Shown: positions 36,780 to 46,823, counted from the stretch's first letter. The stretch is DNA of 64,000 nucleotides from Pseudomonas sp. (GCF_030603065.1 NZ_JAUVYN010000002.1), one strand, 5' to 3'. Notes: a model not told the origin generated them from the letters alone. A program made the numbers and translations.

Positions 36780-38339
36780 TCAGTGTGCCCCGGCCTTGGG
36801 CATCGGTCTGACCAGTAGCACGCAGACAAGCGAGCAGGCGAGCAGTATGCCGATCAGATGGAAGGCATCGTTGTAGGCCATGATCTGCGCCTGGGTGAAG
36901 ACTTCCTGATGCAAAAGCCGCAGGGCCACCGACGCATCGCCGGTGTGCTCGGTGAGCAGGGCCAGGCGCTCTTCGACGGCTGGATTCGCCGGCGTGACGT
37001 GAACCCGTAGCAGATCGAAGTAGTGTTTGGCGCGACTGTCCAGAATGGTCGCCAGGGCCGCAATGCCTACCGCCCCGCCGAGGTTGCGGATGACGTTGTA
37101 CAGGCTCGAGGCAGAGCCCGCCTGACTAGGTGCAATCATCGCAGTGGCCAGGATCGAGAGGGGCACCAGGATCATCGGCTGGCCAAGGGCGCGGAACAGC
37201 AGTACGCCGAAGAACTGATCGCCGGCGAAGTCAGGACTGAGATTGCCGCTAAGAAAGCTCGCGGTAGCGAACAGGAAAAAGCCCGCCGCGCAAATCAGCC
37301 GTGCATCGACGAAACGCATCAGGATCGGAACCAACGGGATGATGAGTAGCTGTGGCAACCCCATCCACATGATGACCTGACCGATCTGCAGCGCGTTATA
37401 GCCTTGAACCTGCGCCAGATACACGGGCAATACGAAGATGGTGCCATACAGGCCGACACCGAGGCCGATGTTGGCGAAGCTGCCAAGCAGAAAGTTGCGC
37501 TCCTTGAACAGCCGCAGGTTGAGCAGCGGGTTGTCACGCGAGAGCTGCAGAATGACGAAGGTAATCAGGCTTACCAGCGCGATGACGCCAAGGGCGACCA
37601 TGGCCCGGGACTCAAGCCAGTCCTCACGATGACCTTCTTCCAGAAACACCTGCAGGCAGCCCAGACCGAGTGCCATGGTGAGTATGCCGGCATAATCGCC
37701 CTTGCGCAGAAGTGCCCATTGCGGCGGCTGACGCTCCAGGCCGTACAGCAGGCCGGCGATCATCAGGATGCCGGGCAGTACGTTGATGTAGAAGATGTAT
37801 TCCCAGCCGAAGTTTTCCGTCAGCCAGCCGCCAATGGTCGGACCTATCGATGGCGCGAACACCGCGGTTACGGCGAACAGGGCCATCCCGCGGGGGCGGT
37901 CGGACAGCGGGAGCTTGGTGAGGATCAGCGTGAAGGCGAAAGGAATCAGGGCGCCGCCGGCCAGCCCCTGGAGTACCCTGAAGACGATCATGCTCTCCAG
38001 GCTCCACGCCATGGAGCAGAGCAGCGAGGCAATGACGAAGAGCGCCGACACGCCGACCGCGAAGCGCCGCGGCGAGAATACCGTAGTGAGCCACGCGGCG
38101 AGAGGGATGATGATGATCTCAGCTACCAGGTAGGAGGTGGAGATCCAGGATCCCTCTTCTATGGTGGCTGATAGCGCACCCTGAATATCCTTCAGCGACG
38201 AATTGATGATCTGGATGTCGAGGATCGCCATGAAGGCGCCGAGAATGGCGCTCCAGATGGCGATCCAGTCGCGCAGGCTGGGCGGCGGAATGGCCTGAGG
38301 CTGTGGACCGCCGTTGGGGGACGCGGTGCTTTCAGTCAC
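36780..38339 (-). CDS. DHA2-family MFS multidrug efflux permease (EmrB/QacA type, 14 TM)
   Basis: 519 aa. Motifs seen are MAILDIQIINSSL, VFRVLQGLAGGALIP and a 14-TM pattern. It overlaps the upstream HlyD-type gene by 8 nt. Confidence 0.9.
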   Translation of the reverse strand: MTESTASPNGGPQPQAIPPPSLRDWIAIWSAILGAFMAILDIQIINSSLKDIQGALSATIEEGSWISTSYLVAEIIIIPLAAWLTTVFSPRRFAVGVSALFVIASLLCSMAWSLESMIVFRVLQGLAGGALIPFAFTLILTKLPLSDRPRGMALFAVTAVFAPSIGPTIGGWLTENFGWEYIFYINVLPGILMIAGLLYGLERQPPQWALLRKGDYAGILTMALGLGCLQVFLEEGHREDWLESRAMVALGVIALVSLITFVILQLSRDNPLLNLRLFKERNFLLGSFANIGLGVGLYGTIFVLPVYLAQVQGYNALQIGQVIMWMGLPQLLIIPLVPILMRFVDARLICAAGFFLFATASFLSGNLSPDFAGDQFFGVLLFRALGQPMILVPLSILATAMIAPSQAGSASSLYNVIRNLGGAVGIAALATILDSRAKHYFDLLRVHVTPANPAVEERLALLTEHTGDASVALRLLHQEVFTQAQIMAYNDAFHLIGILLACSLVCVLLVRPMPKAGAH

Positions 38340-39363
38340 GCAGATCGACTCGCACGGCCACCGACATCCCGGGCCGCAGCTGACTGCTCAAGGGATGGCT
38401 TTCGTCGACCAGGATACGTGCCGGAATGCGTTGTACGACCTTGGTGAAATTGCCGGTAGCATTTTCCGGAGGCAACAGGCTGAACTGCGCACCCGAAGCA
38501 GGGAAAAGGCTGTCGATATGACCTTCTACCGGTTCTCCCGGGAAGCTGTCGAACAGCAGGCGCACCCGCTGTCCTGGGCGCAGCCCGCGAATCTGGGTTT
38601 CCTTGAAGTTAGCCTGTACCCAGAGTCCTCGATCAGGCACGATCGCCAGCAATGCAGTACCGGCTTGCACATTGGCGCCTGGACGTACGCTGCGCTGGCC
38701 CACTCGTCCTGCCACTGGCGCGCGGATTACCGTGCGCTCCAGCGCGAGTTCCGCCTGGTCGACATCCGCCTGGGCGGACATTATCAGCGCTGCGAAGCGC
38801 TCCAGATCGGCCTCCAGTGTCGCCTTGACCAGCTTTTGCGTGGTCAGGTCGGCTTCCGCCCGGCGGATATGCGCACGAGCGACAGCCAACTGAGCGCGGA
38901 AGTTGCTTAGCTGCTCCTCGGAAGCGTAGCCGGACTGTCGCAGGGGGGTAATGCGCTGGATGTCGAGCTCGATCCGCCGGTGTTCGGCCTGCCTTGCCTC
39001 GACGTCGGCATGCGCCGCCTCTATAAGGCTGTCCTGCTGGGCCAGACGGCTACGCGCCTCGGCCCGCTCCGCTTCCCGATTGGCAAGATTGGCTTTGGCC
39101 TGGGCGAGTGCGACACGAAAATCCCGGTCATCCAGGCGGACCATGACGGTCCCGCTTTCCACCTGCTGGTTGTCTGCAACCAGCACTTCGGTGACCTGGG
39201 CCGCAAGCTGACTGCCGACCCGGACGATGTCCGCCTGCACATAGGCGTTATCGGTGGATTCGAGGAAACGGCCCAGCAACCACCAATGGGCAAAAAAACC
39301 TGCCCCAGCGAGCCCGACCAGCAGAAAAAACAGTAGAAGACGCGTCCGGACTCTGGCCGACAT
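38332..39363 (-). CDS. HlyD-family membrane fusion protein (EmrA-like)
   Basis: It has an N-terminal TM anchor. Further motifs are TDNAYVQADIV, a long coiled coil, and VRAPVAGRVGQRSV. Confidence 0.9.
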   Translation of the reverse strand: MSARVRTRLLLFFLLVGLAGAGFFAHWWLLGRFLESTDNAYVQADIVRVGSQLAAQVTEVLVADNQQVESGTVMVRLDDRDFRVALAQAKANLANREAERAEARSRLAQQDSLIEAAHADVEARQAEHRRIELDIQRITPLRQSGYASEEQLSNFRAQLAVARAHIRRAEADLTTQKLVKATLEADLERFAALIMSAQADVDQAELALERTVIRAPVAGRVGQRSVRPGANVQAGTALLAIVPDRGLWVQANFKETQIRGLRPGQRVRLLFDSFPGEPVEGHIDSLFPASGAQFSLLPPENATGNFTKVVQRIPARILVDESHPLSSQLRPGMSVAVRVDLRD

Positions 39364-39467
39364 TCCTTTTCCTCGATTATTGTAATGACCGCCACTCTAG
39401 CACTGTCGCACTGAGGCGCGGAGGGGGTAGAATCCGCACACTTTGTTGCATGACAGGAACAGTAGAA

Positions 39468-40397
39468 ATGGGCTTGGATGACGCACTGATCTTCACCCGT
39501 GTAGTCGAGTGCCACAGTTTCACCAGTGCGGCGCTGACTCTGAACATGCAGAAGTCCACGGTAAGTCGGCGTATCGCTCAGCTCGAGGAGCGCCTCGGGG
39601 TTCGGCTTCTGAACCGCACTACCCGCAAGCTGCGCCTGACCGAGGTCGGCCAGGCCTACTACGAGCGTTGCCGGCAGATCATGCAGGAGTTCGCCGAGGC
39701 CGAGCAGGCGATCATGCAATTGCAGAAGGAGCCGACCGGGCTGCTTCGCATCAGCTCACCGATCGAATTTGGCCAGCTGTTTCTTGGCGGCGTGGTCGGG
39801 GAATTCATGCGGCGCTACCCGGCTATTCAGGTCGAGGTGGAGCTGACCACGCGGACGGTCGATCCGGTCGAAGAGGGCGTGGACGTTGTGATTCACCGCG
39901 GCCGGCCGCAGGATTCCAGCCTGGTGGCCAGGCCTATGATGAGTAGCCCGCGGCAGCTGTTCGCCAGCCCGGACTACCTGGCACAGCACGGGGTGCCCCG
40001 GCGGCCCGAAGACCTGGCCGATCACCGCTGTATTCAGATCATGGATAGCGGGCGCAAATGGCACTTCGTCGATCCGCATGTCAGCGTCCTGGTCAACCCG
40101 GTCCTCACCGTCAACAATATTACGCTGGCTAGGGAAGCCGCTCTGGTTGGTGCAGGCATCGCCAACGTCCCCGCTTTCATTGCCCAGCAGAATCTGCTTG
40201 ATGGCACGCTGTGTAGAGTGCTGGAAAACGCAACGCTGCCCTCCAGTGAGCTCTATGCGCTGTATCCTTCCCGGCGTTTTCAGGCGATGAAGGTGAAAGC
40301 TTTCATCGACTTCATGATCGAGAGTCTGGAAGCCCGCCTGCAGGAGCTGGCAGTAGAGAACGAGAGTGAAGCGCTGATAAACTCCACGATTCTGTAG
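39468..40397 (+). CDS. LysR-family transcriptional regulator, divergent from the EmrAB-like operon
   Basis: The wHTH region is FTRVVECHSFTSAALTLNMQKSTVSRRIAQLEERLGVRLLNRTTR. AGGAA lies 8 nt upstream of the ATG at 39468. Confidence 0.85.
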   Translation: MGLDDALIFTRVVECHSFTSAALTLNMQKSTVSRRIAQLEERLGVRLLNRTTRKLRLTEVGQAYYERCRQIMQEFAEAEQAIMQLQKEPTGLLRISSPIEFGQLFLGGVVGEFMRRYPAIQVEVELTTRTVDPVEEGVDVVIHRGRPQDSSLVARPMMSSPRQLFASPDYLAQHGVPRRPEDLADHRCIQIMDSGRKWHFVDPHVSVLVNPVLTVNNITLAREAALVGAGIANVPAFIAQQNLLDGTLCRVLENATLPSSELYALYPSRRFQAMKVKAFIDFMIESLEARLQELAVENESEALINSTIL

Positions 40398-40439
40398 CTC
40401 GCAGGCCGGCAGTGGCCTGCGCCCTTGATGAGAGAGTTC

Positions 40440-41915
40440 ATGACCGTTCGTACGCGCATCGCCCCGTCACCCACCGGTGATCCCCATGTAGGGACCGCCT
40501 ACATCGCTTTGTTCAACCAGTGTTTCGCCCGTCAGCATGGGGGGCAATTCATCCTGCGGATCGAGGATACCGATCAGGTGCGCTCGAGTGCGGAGTCCGA
40601 GCAACAGATTCTCGACTCGCTGCGCTGGCTGGGGCTGGAATGGGACGAGGGGCCGGATGTCGGCGGCCCTCATGGCCCGTACCGGCAGAGCGAGCGCAGC
40701 GCCATCTATCACCAGCACAGCGAACAGCTGATTTCTTCGGGGCATGCGTTTCGCTGTTTCTGCAGTGCCGAGCGTCTCGATGCACTGCGTGCCGAGCAGA
40801 TGGCCAACAAGCAGACGCCCGGCTATGACGGGCACTGCCTGCATCTGAGCGAAGCCGAGGTGGCTGAGCGGGTCGCCGCAGGTGAGCCCCATGTGGTGCG
40901 TATGAAGGTGCCGAGTGAGGGCGTCTGCACCGTTCAGGATATGCTCCGTGGGGACATCGAGATCCCCTGGGAGCAGGTCGACATGCAGGTGCTGATGAAG
41001 GCCGACGGTCTGCCCACCTATCACCTTGCCAACGTGGTTGACGATCATCTGATGGGCATCACCCACGTGCTGCGCGGCGAGGAGTGGATCAACTCCGCGC
41101 CCAAGCACATGCTGCTCTACCAGTATTTCGGCTGGGATATGCCGCAACTGTGCCACATGCCGCTGCTGCGCAATCCGGACAAGAGCAAACTGTCCAAACG
41201 AAAGAACCCGACCAGCATCACCTTCTATCAGCGCATGGGCTACCTGCCGCAGGCCTTGCTTAACTATCTGGGGCGAATGGGCTGGTCGATGCCGGATGAG
41301 CGCGAGAAGTTCACCCTGGCGGAGATGGTCGAGCATTTCGATATTCAGCGCGTCTCCCTGGGCGGTCCGATCTTCGATGTTGAGAAGCTTGCCTGGCTCA
41401 ACGGCCTATGGATCCGCGAGCTCTCCGAAGAGCAGTTCGTCGATGCGGTACAGGCCTGGGCGCTGAACCCCGAATACCTGCGGCCGATGGTCTCGCTGGT
41501 GCAGGCTCGGGTTGAGACCTTCAGCGACCTGGTCCCGCTGGCAGGGTTCTTCCTGACCGGCAAGGTAGACCCCGCGCCGGCGCTTTTCGAACACAAGAAG
41601 CTGCAGCCTGATGAAGTGCGCAAGGCGATGCAGTTGCTGTTGTGGAAGCTGGAGGGGCTGCGACGCTGGGAAAAGGACCTGATCACGATGACCATCCAGC
41701 GTGTCGCCGAGCATCTGGGCCTCAAACTGCGTGATCTGATGCCGTTGCTATTTGCTGCGGTCACCGGACAGGCCAGTTCGGTCTCGGTGCTCGATGCCAT
41801 GGCTCATCTCGGCCCGGATCTGACCCGTTATCGGCTGCGCCAGGCGCTCGAACTGCTGGGTGGTACCTCGAAAAAGGAAACCAAGGCCTGGGAGAAGCTG
41901 CTCGAAGAGATCTGA
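40440..41915 (+). CDS. gltX: Glutamate--tRNA ligase
   Basis: The HIGH motif is [12 protein letters not shown] and the KMSKS motif is KLSKRK. 491 aa. Confidence 0.93.
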   Translation: MTVRTRIAPSPTGDPHVGTAYIALFNQCFARQHGGQFILRIEDTDQVRSSAESEQQILDSLRWLGLEWDEGPDVGGPHGPYRQSERSAIYHQHSEQLISSGHAFRCFCSAERLDALRAEQMANKQTPGYDGHCLHLSEAEVAERVAAGEPHVVRMKVPSEGVCTVQDMLRGDIEIPWEQVDMQVLMKADGLPTYHLANVVDDHLMGITHVLRGEEWINSAPKHMLLYQYFGWDMPQLCHMPLLRNPDKSKLSKRKNPTSITFYQRMGYLPQALLNYLGRMGWSMPDEREKFTLAEMVEHFDIQRVSLGGPIFDVEKLAWLNGLWIRELSEEQFVDAVQAWALNPEYLRPMVSLVQARVETFSDLVPLAGFFLTGKVDPAPALFEHKKLQPDEVRKAMQLLLWKLEGLRRWEKDLITMTIQRVAEHLGLKLRDLMPLLFAAVTGQASSVSVLDAMAHLGPDLTRYRLRQALELLGGTSKKETKAWEKLLEEI

Positions 41916-41956
41916 CCCCAGCTGTCACTTAAGTCGCTGTTTTATGGAAAATTCTG

Positions 41957-41985
41957 TTGACAGCCTCGGGCCTTGGACCTAATAT
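41957..41985 (+). promoter_or_regulatory. Sigma70 promoter of the tRNA-Ala/Glu/Ala operon
   Basis: TTGACA, a 17-nt spacer, then TAATAT. An A/T-rich tract lies upstream (ttttatggaaaattc) and a GC-rich discriminator lies downstream (gcgcccc). Confidence 0.6.
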
Positions 41986-42003
41986 GCGCCCCGTCATCAC
42001 GAC

Positions 42004-42079
42004 GGGGCTATAGCTCAGCTGGGAGAGCGCCTGCATGGCATGCAGGAGGTCAGCGGTTCGATCCCGCTTAGCTCCACCA
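42004..42079 (+). tRNA. tRNA-Ala (anticodon GGC)
   Basis: 76 nt. It has the G3:U70-type acceptor GGGGCTA/TAGCTCC. The anticodon stem-loop is CCTGC-ATGGCAT-GCAGG. CCA is encoded. Confidence 0.95.
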
Positions 42080-42161
42080 AGTTTTTTGGCCGTTGCACTG
42101 CGATGGCCTGTTTTACACTGATGCCAAGAGGCCCCAGCCTCGAACGCATAGAAGGGTTTGC

Positions 42162-42237
42162 GTCCCCTTCGTCTAGTGGCCTAGGACACCGCCCTTTCAC
42201 GGCGGTAACAGGGGTTCGAGTCCCCTAGGGGACGCCA
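42162..42237 (+). tRNA. tRNA-Glu (anticodon UUC)
   Basis: By eye it is sequence-identical to the copy at 15725-15800. Confidence 0.95.
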
Positions 42238-42280
42238 TCTTTACCCCGACGGTCTGACTGTCGGGTGGTCGCGAGACCAC

Positions 42281-42356
42281 GGGGCTATAGCTCAGCTGGG
42301 AGAGCGCCTGCATGGCATGCAGGAGGTCAGCGGTTCGATCCCGCTTAGCTCCACCA
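42281..42356 (+). tRNA. tRNA-Ala (anticodon GGC), second copy
   Basis: By eye it is identical to the copy at 42004-42079. Confidence 0.95.
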
Positions 42357-42360
42357 ACAA

Positions 42361-42394
42361 AAAGGCCGGCATCTTCTGATGCCGGCCTTTTTTC
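42361..42394. terminator. Bidirectional intrinsic terminator (tRNA operon / convergent PRT-HAD gene)
   Basis: The sequence is AAAGGCCGGCATC-ttct-GATGCCGGCCTTT followed by TTTT, with an A-rich stretch on the other side. Confidence 0.75.
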
Positions 42395-42410
42395 ATTGTA
42401 GCGGCTGCCC

Positions 42411-43394
42411 TCAGGCACCTCGCGGCAACAGCATGGTACGCCCCAGCAGTTTGCGAGTGCCTTCGGTCAGACGACGCTTGATGCCAAAGCCGGTCCGGGG
42501 CTGCTCGCGACGGCGCTCCAGGGCGCTGACTGGCATGCCTGGCACGTACATCTGGTTGGTTTCGATACAGAACACCGGTTTTTTGGCGTACTCGAGAATC
42601 TCCAGCGCCTGGCGCTTTTCGCTCTCGATGAACAGCATCGCATTCGGATCGTTTTTGTAGACCTCCGCCTTGCGCTTGTGGTGGGCGTTCAGGCGACGTC
42701 GTTCGGCAGCGGAAGGCAGATCGAGCATGTGCAGTTGCCCGTAGCGGACGCCGTGGCGCTCGAGCCATTCTTCGGTTTCCTTGCGATACTTCTCCAGCCG
42801 ACTGGTTACCAGATGGGCCGCGTGGGTTGTCGGAATGTGCAGAGGCGCTGCGGTCTGAAGGAACTTGATGTAGCGCTCCCCGTCGTCATTTTCGTCTTCG
42901 GTCGGGTCTTCACAGAGCACGCCGTCGATGTCCAGGCAGGCGTGGCCGATGATCTCGTGGTGCATGATATTCCATTCGAAAAAGCGCGGCTGCGGCACCG
43001 CCTCAAGAAACGCATCCACCCGGCCTTGGGCCTCAGGTACGACGAACGCCGCTAGCGTAACCACCTCACCCTCATAGCATCTGTCGATGCGCTGCATGGC
43101 GGCCGTCATGGTGGCTCCGGTGTCCATGGTGTCATCTACCAGCAGAACCTTCTTCGCTGCCTGGGGCTTGTGCAGGGGGTGGGCGGACTGAGGAATGGTT
43201 TCCTGATGATCGACATCTTCATTGCGTTCGAAGGCGCGAAGGTCAGATAAGGGGAGGTTGAGTTTGAGGGCGATCATGCTTGCGGCCAGCATTCCGCTTC
43301 GCGTCACTCCGACGACCAGGTCGATGTCTCGGGGTAGTTTGCTTGCGCAACGGTTAACCAGAAACGAAAGGTCGTTCAGCGTTCGATAGTTCAT
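42411..43394 (-). CDS. Fusion protein: type I phosphoribosyltransferase domain + HAD-superfamily phosphatase-like domain
   Basis: The N-terminal PRPP loop is KKVLLVDDTMDTGATM. In the C-terminal half, HAD motif I is CLDIDGVLCED, motif II-like is HLVTSR, and Lys/acidic motifs are KRKAEVY and LFIESE. The RBS AAGGAG lies 7 nt upstream of the ATG. Confidence 0.72.
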   Translation of the reverse strand: MNYRTLNDLSFLVNRCASKLPRDIDLVVGVTRSGMLAASMIALKLNLPLSDLRAFERNEDVDHQETIPQSAHPLHKPQAAKKVLLVDDTMDTGATMTAAMQRIDRCYEGEVVTLAAFVVPEAQGRVDAFLEAVPQPRFFEWNIMHHEIIGHACLDIDGVLCEDPTEDENDDGERYIKFLQTAAPLHIPTTHAAHLVTSRLEKYRKETEEWLERHGVRYGQLHMLDLPSAAERRRLNAHHKRKAEVYKNDPNAMLFIESEKRQALEILEYAKKPVFCIETNQMYVPGMPVSALERRREQPRTGFGIKRRLTEGTRKLLGRTMLLPRGA

Positions 43395-43629
43395 TGCACT
43401 GCTCCTTTTTTACTGCATGCCATGTGCTTGCACAGCTGCGCTGCAACATCCAGTGTGCGGGACATGCTATAGATCGAGGTGCTGGCAATTTGGTTCCGAA
43501 AGTCCCTGGCCGTTTGTCACCATCTTCCAGCCCGTTTGGCAGCCCGCCTGCGTGTGCAGGCGGGCCTGGTTCCATGGTTGGGGTAACACATGACCAAAGG
43601 ATTACAATCGGTCTTGCGGCGATGAACGG

Positions 43630-45864
43630 TCACTGCTTGAGGCAATCCACGCCAAACCCGGCGTCGGTACGTCTGAGTCCATGTATGTCGGTTTCAAAGC
43701 CAGGAAAGGCGCGATCCTGCTCAAGGGCTATCTGGAGGTAGGTGGCGATGGCCGATGGCGCCTCCGGAAAGCGCTCGCCCGGCATTATCACCGGTATGCC
43801 TGGCGGATAGGGCACCAGCATGACTGCGCTGATACGTCCGGCGAGTTCGGCGGCCGGCACGATTTCAACTTCGCCGCGAACCATCTGCTGGTAGGCATCG
43901 GCAGGGCGCAGAACCATTTCAGGTAGCTCGGTGTAGATCTGTCGCAGGGTCCTGACCATCTTTTGCTCGCGGTAGAAGCGATGCAGGTTCTGGCACAGAT
44001 CGCGCAGGCCAAGCCCTGGGTAGTGACCGCTACGGGCAATTACCGGCAGGGTGCGCTCGAGTGGGGCGTTGGTGTCATAGAGCCGCTTGAACTCCTGTAG
44101 CTCGGCCAGCAGTGTGCTCCACTTACCCTTGGTGATGCCAAGGGAGAAAAGGATCAGAAAGGAGTACAGGCCGGTTTTCTCCACCACCAGCCCCCGCTCG
44201 GCCAGAAAGCGGGTGACCACCGCGGCGGGAATGCCGCTCTTGCCGAGTCGCCCATGCTCCTCTACGCCCGGCGTCAGCAGAGTGACCTTGATCGGGTCGA
44301 GCAGGGCGTAATCCTCCGCCATGGCACCAAAGCCGTGCCACTCGGCACCATCGTCCAGAGTCCAGTCTTCCGGCTTGAGGGCTTCAGGCTCCAGGGCTTC
44401 GCCCGGCTCCCAGACATCGAACCACCATTCGTCTTCATCCAGTCGTTCCGCGGTCTGCTGCATGGCCAAACGGAACGAGAGCGCTTCGTCCAGGGTTTCC
44501 TGCACCAGGGAGCGGCCTGGTTCGCCTGCCATCATCCCGGTCGCCACGTCGATCGACGCGATGATGCCGTAATGCGGAGAAGTCGAGGTGTGCATCATGA
44601 AGGCTTCGTTGAAGCGCGCGTGGTCGAGCATTTGCTGGTCGCTGTCCTCGGCCAGGATGATTGACGCCTGGGAAAGGGCGGCGAGCACCTTGTGAGGCGA
44701 CTGCGTAGCGAACACCAGCGGATGCCGGGCGCGGGGAAAGCCGCGGCCGCGGCCCATGCCGTGGCGGCCGGCATAGAACTCGTGGAAGGCGGCGTAGGCG
44801 TACCAGGCCTCGTCGAAATGCAGGATATCAACCGCATCTTCCAGAACGTCCTTGATCAACTCGGCGTTGTAGCACAGCCCGTCGTAGGTGGAATTGGTCA
44901 GCACTGCCAGGCGAATGCGTGGTTCGCGCCCCTTCAGTAGCGGATGCGTGGCCATCTGCTGGCGCAGCGCTTCGGGGGACAGTGATTCCAGGCTGATCGG
45001 CCCGATGATGCCGTAGTCGTTGCGCGACCCTGTCAGATAGATCGGAATCGCACCGGTCATGATGATCGCGTGGAGGATCGATTTGTGGCAGTTGCGATCC
45101 ACCAGCACCACGTCGTCACGGGTTACGTAAGCGTGCCAGATGATCTTGTTGGCGGTTGAGGTCCCGTTGACCACGTAGAAGCTGTGGTCCGCGCCGAAGG
45201 TGCGTGCGGTATTGGCTTCGGCAGCGGAAATCGGCCCGTTGTGGTCGAGCAGCGAACCCAGTCCCGGTACCGACACCGAGAGATCCGAGCGCAGGGTGTT
45301 TTCCCCGAAGAAGTCATGGAACGCCCGTCCGACCGGGCTCTTGCGAAAGGCCACGCCGCCCCCGTGCCCCGGCGAATGCCATGAATAGCTGGCCTGTGCG
45401 GTGTAGTCGAGCAGCGCCTTGACAAAGGGGGGTAGCAGCTGATCGAGGTAGGAACGGGCCGTGCGGGCGATCTGGCCGGCAATGAAGGGGATGGTGTCCT
45501 CGAACAGGTAGATGATGCCGCGCAACTGGTGCAGATCACGTAGTTCGACAAGGTGGGCATTATCCAGATGCTGACGGGTGCTTAGCGCCATGATCGGCAG
45601 CTCGGGCGAGCGCGAGTGGGCTGCGAGGAAGAGCGCGCGGACGGGCGCTAGATCGCGTTCGAGATCTGCCGTAAACAGAATGCACGAAAGCCCACGGTGT
45701 GCTTCCGCAATCAGGCGGCCCTCTTCGATGGATGGGGTTGGCAGCACCTCAAAACCTTCCTGACGCAGTGCGCGGAACAGCTCCTCGAGCTGCGCGCCTG
45801 CTACGTCATGGCGGCCGGCATGCGCGTTGATGACCAGAATCGGGAAATGCAGGTGCTTGAACAT
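43630..45864 (-). CDS. Orn/Lys/Arg decarboxylase, large fold-type I family (LdcA/LdcC-like)
   Basis: 744 aa. It has an N-terminal wing domain and a major domain with SWHSPGHGGG. The PLP-lysine motif is TQSPHKVL. AAGGA is the RBS. Confidence 0.88.
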   Translation of the reverse strand: MFKHLHFPILVINAHAGRHDVAGAQLEELFRALRQEGFEVLPTPSIEEGRLIAEAHRGLSCILFTADLERDLAPVRALFLAAHSRSPELPIMALSTRQHLDNAHLVELRDLHQLRGIIYLFEDTIPFIAGQIARTARSYLDQLLPPFVKALLDYTAQASYSWHSPGHGGGVAFRKSPVGRAFHDFFGENTLRSDLSVSVPGLGSLLDHNGPISAAEANTARTFGADHSFYVVNGTSTANKIIWHAYVTRDDVVLVDRNCHKSILHAIIMTGAIPIYLTGSRNDYGIIGPISLESLSPEALRQQMATHPLLKGREPRIRLAVLTNSTYDGLCYNAELIKDVLEDAVDILHFDEAWYAYAAFHEFYAGRHGMGRGRGFPRARHPLVFATQSPHKVLAALSQASIILAEDSDQQMLDHARFNEAFMMHTSTSPHYGIIASIDVATGMMAGEPGRSLVQETLDEALSFRLAMQQTAERLDEDEWWFDVWEPGEALEPEALKPEDWTLDDGAEWHGFGAMAEDYALLDPIKVTLLTPGVEEHGRLGKSGIPAAVVTRFLAERGLVVEKTGLYSFLILFSLGITKGKWSTLLAELQEFKRLYDTNAPLERTLPVIARSGHYPGLGLRDLCQNLHRFYREQKMVRTLRQIYTELPEMVLRPADAYQQMVRGEVEIVPAAELAGRISAVMLVPYPPGIPVIMPGERFPEAPSAIATYLQIALEQDRAFPGFETDIHGLRRTDAGFGVDCLKQ

Positions 45865-45993
45865 GGAGCGGTTTCCTTGACGATGATCCTTGCAGTCTAG
45901 CCGCTGGGGAACAAAATCGGGCCAGCCAGCGATGCCGTTCGCAATTGCGGTGGTATGCTTCGCCCTCGCACATCGAAGCCAAGGAGCCAACCG

Positions 45994-46434
45994 GTGAACT
46001 GGGATCTAGAAAACCCCTTTACCTACGACATTCGCGTTGCGGCGGAAGATATCGACGCGCTGGGCCACGCCAACAATACGGTGTACGTGCGCTGGCTGGA
46101 ACGCTGCGCCTGGGAGCATTCTCGTTCACTGGGGCTGGGTCTGGACGAGTACCGGGAGCTGGACCGGGCCATGGCGGTGGTCCGTCACGAGATCGACTAT
46201 CTGGGCGCGGCCTACGAGGGTGATGAGCTAACCATGGCTACCTGGATCATTCACTGGGACCAGAAACTGCGTATGACCCGGCACTTTCAGCTGATCCGTG
46301 ACTCCGACCAGGCGACGCTGCTGCGCGCACGCACGACCTTTGCCTGCATCGAACTGAGTACCGGCAAACCGCGGCGGATGCCGCCGATCTTCATCGAGAA
46401 TTACGGAAGGGGGCTGACGCCCGGCGGCGCCTGA
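45994..46434 (+). CDS. Acyl-CoA thioesterase, 4HBT/YbgC-like hotdog fold
   Basis: The motif DIDALGHANNTVYVRWLE matches the catalytic Asp-region pattern. A GTG start lies 7 nt after AAGGAG. Confidence 0.78.
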   Translation: MNWDLENPFTYDIRVAAEDIDALGHANNTVYVRWLERCAWEHSRSLGLGLDEYRELDRAMAVVRHEIDYLGAAYEGDELTMATWIIHWDQKLRMTRHFQLIRDSDQATLLRARTTFACIELSTGKPRRMPPIFIENYGRGLTPGGA

Positions 46435-46454
46435 AGGCAGACGACGCGGGCATC

Positions 46455-46484
46455 GAATACCGCTGATGACTTTCAGCGGTATTC
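46455..46484. terminator. Perfect 12-bp hairpin between convergent thioesterase and ppnP genes (terminator-like, no U-tract)
   Basis: The sequence is GAATACCGCTGA-tgactt-TCAGCGGTATTC. The right arm includes the ppnP stop codon. Confidence 0.4.
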
Positions 46485-46754
46485 GCAGAGGTAGGCGGTG
46501 TCCTGTGCGACCTTGAGGTTGAAGCGGCTGTTGGCGGGCACTTCGAACTGGCTGCCGGCCGGATAATCGTTCCATTGTTCGCTACCCGGCAGCTTGACGG
46601 TCAGTGTGCCGAACACCACGTGCATGATTTCCAGCTGACTGGTGCCGAATTCATACTCCCCCGGCGCCATGACGCCAACGGTCGCAGCGCCCTTGGGCTG
46701 GTCGAAGGCGATGGAAGCGACCTTGCCGTCGAAATACTGATTGATCTTGAACAT
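46473..46754 (-). CDS. ppnP: Pyrimidine/purine nucleoside phosphorylase PpnP (DUF1255/YaiE)
   Basis: 93 aa. The sequence [14 protein letters not shown]...[11 protein letters not shown]...E.M.VV.G matches the cupin-type YaiE pattern. AGGAG is the RBS. Confidence 0.85.
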   Translation of the reverse strand: MFKINQYFDGKVASIAFDQPKGAATVGVMAPGEYEFGTSQLEIMHVVFGTLTVKLPGSEQWNDYPAGSQFEVPANSRFNLKVAQDTAYLCEYR

Positions 46755-46823
46755 CTGCAACTCCTGAAAGGGGGTATGAGGGCGCACATTATGCCGAGCG
46801 ATCAAGACCGCCGGCAACTGTGC

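Noticed and set aside
42015-42768. ORF-track entries overlapping the tRNA-Ala/Glu/Ala cluster (61-158 aa).
   Set aside because: They are translated through tRNA genes and the terminator, and are not credible coding sequences.
42357-43629. A possible genomic island integrated at the tRNA-Ala 3' end.
   Set aside because: Only one gene lies between the tRNA cluster and the conserved decarboxylase gene. There is no integrase or recombinase. I could not find a direct repeat of the tRNA 3' end in 43395-43629, and I saw no obvious compositional shift by eye.
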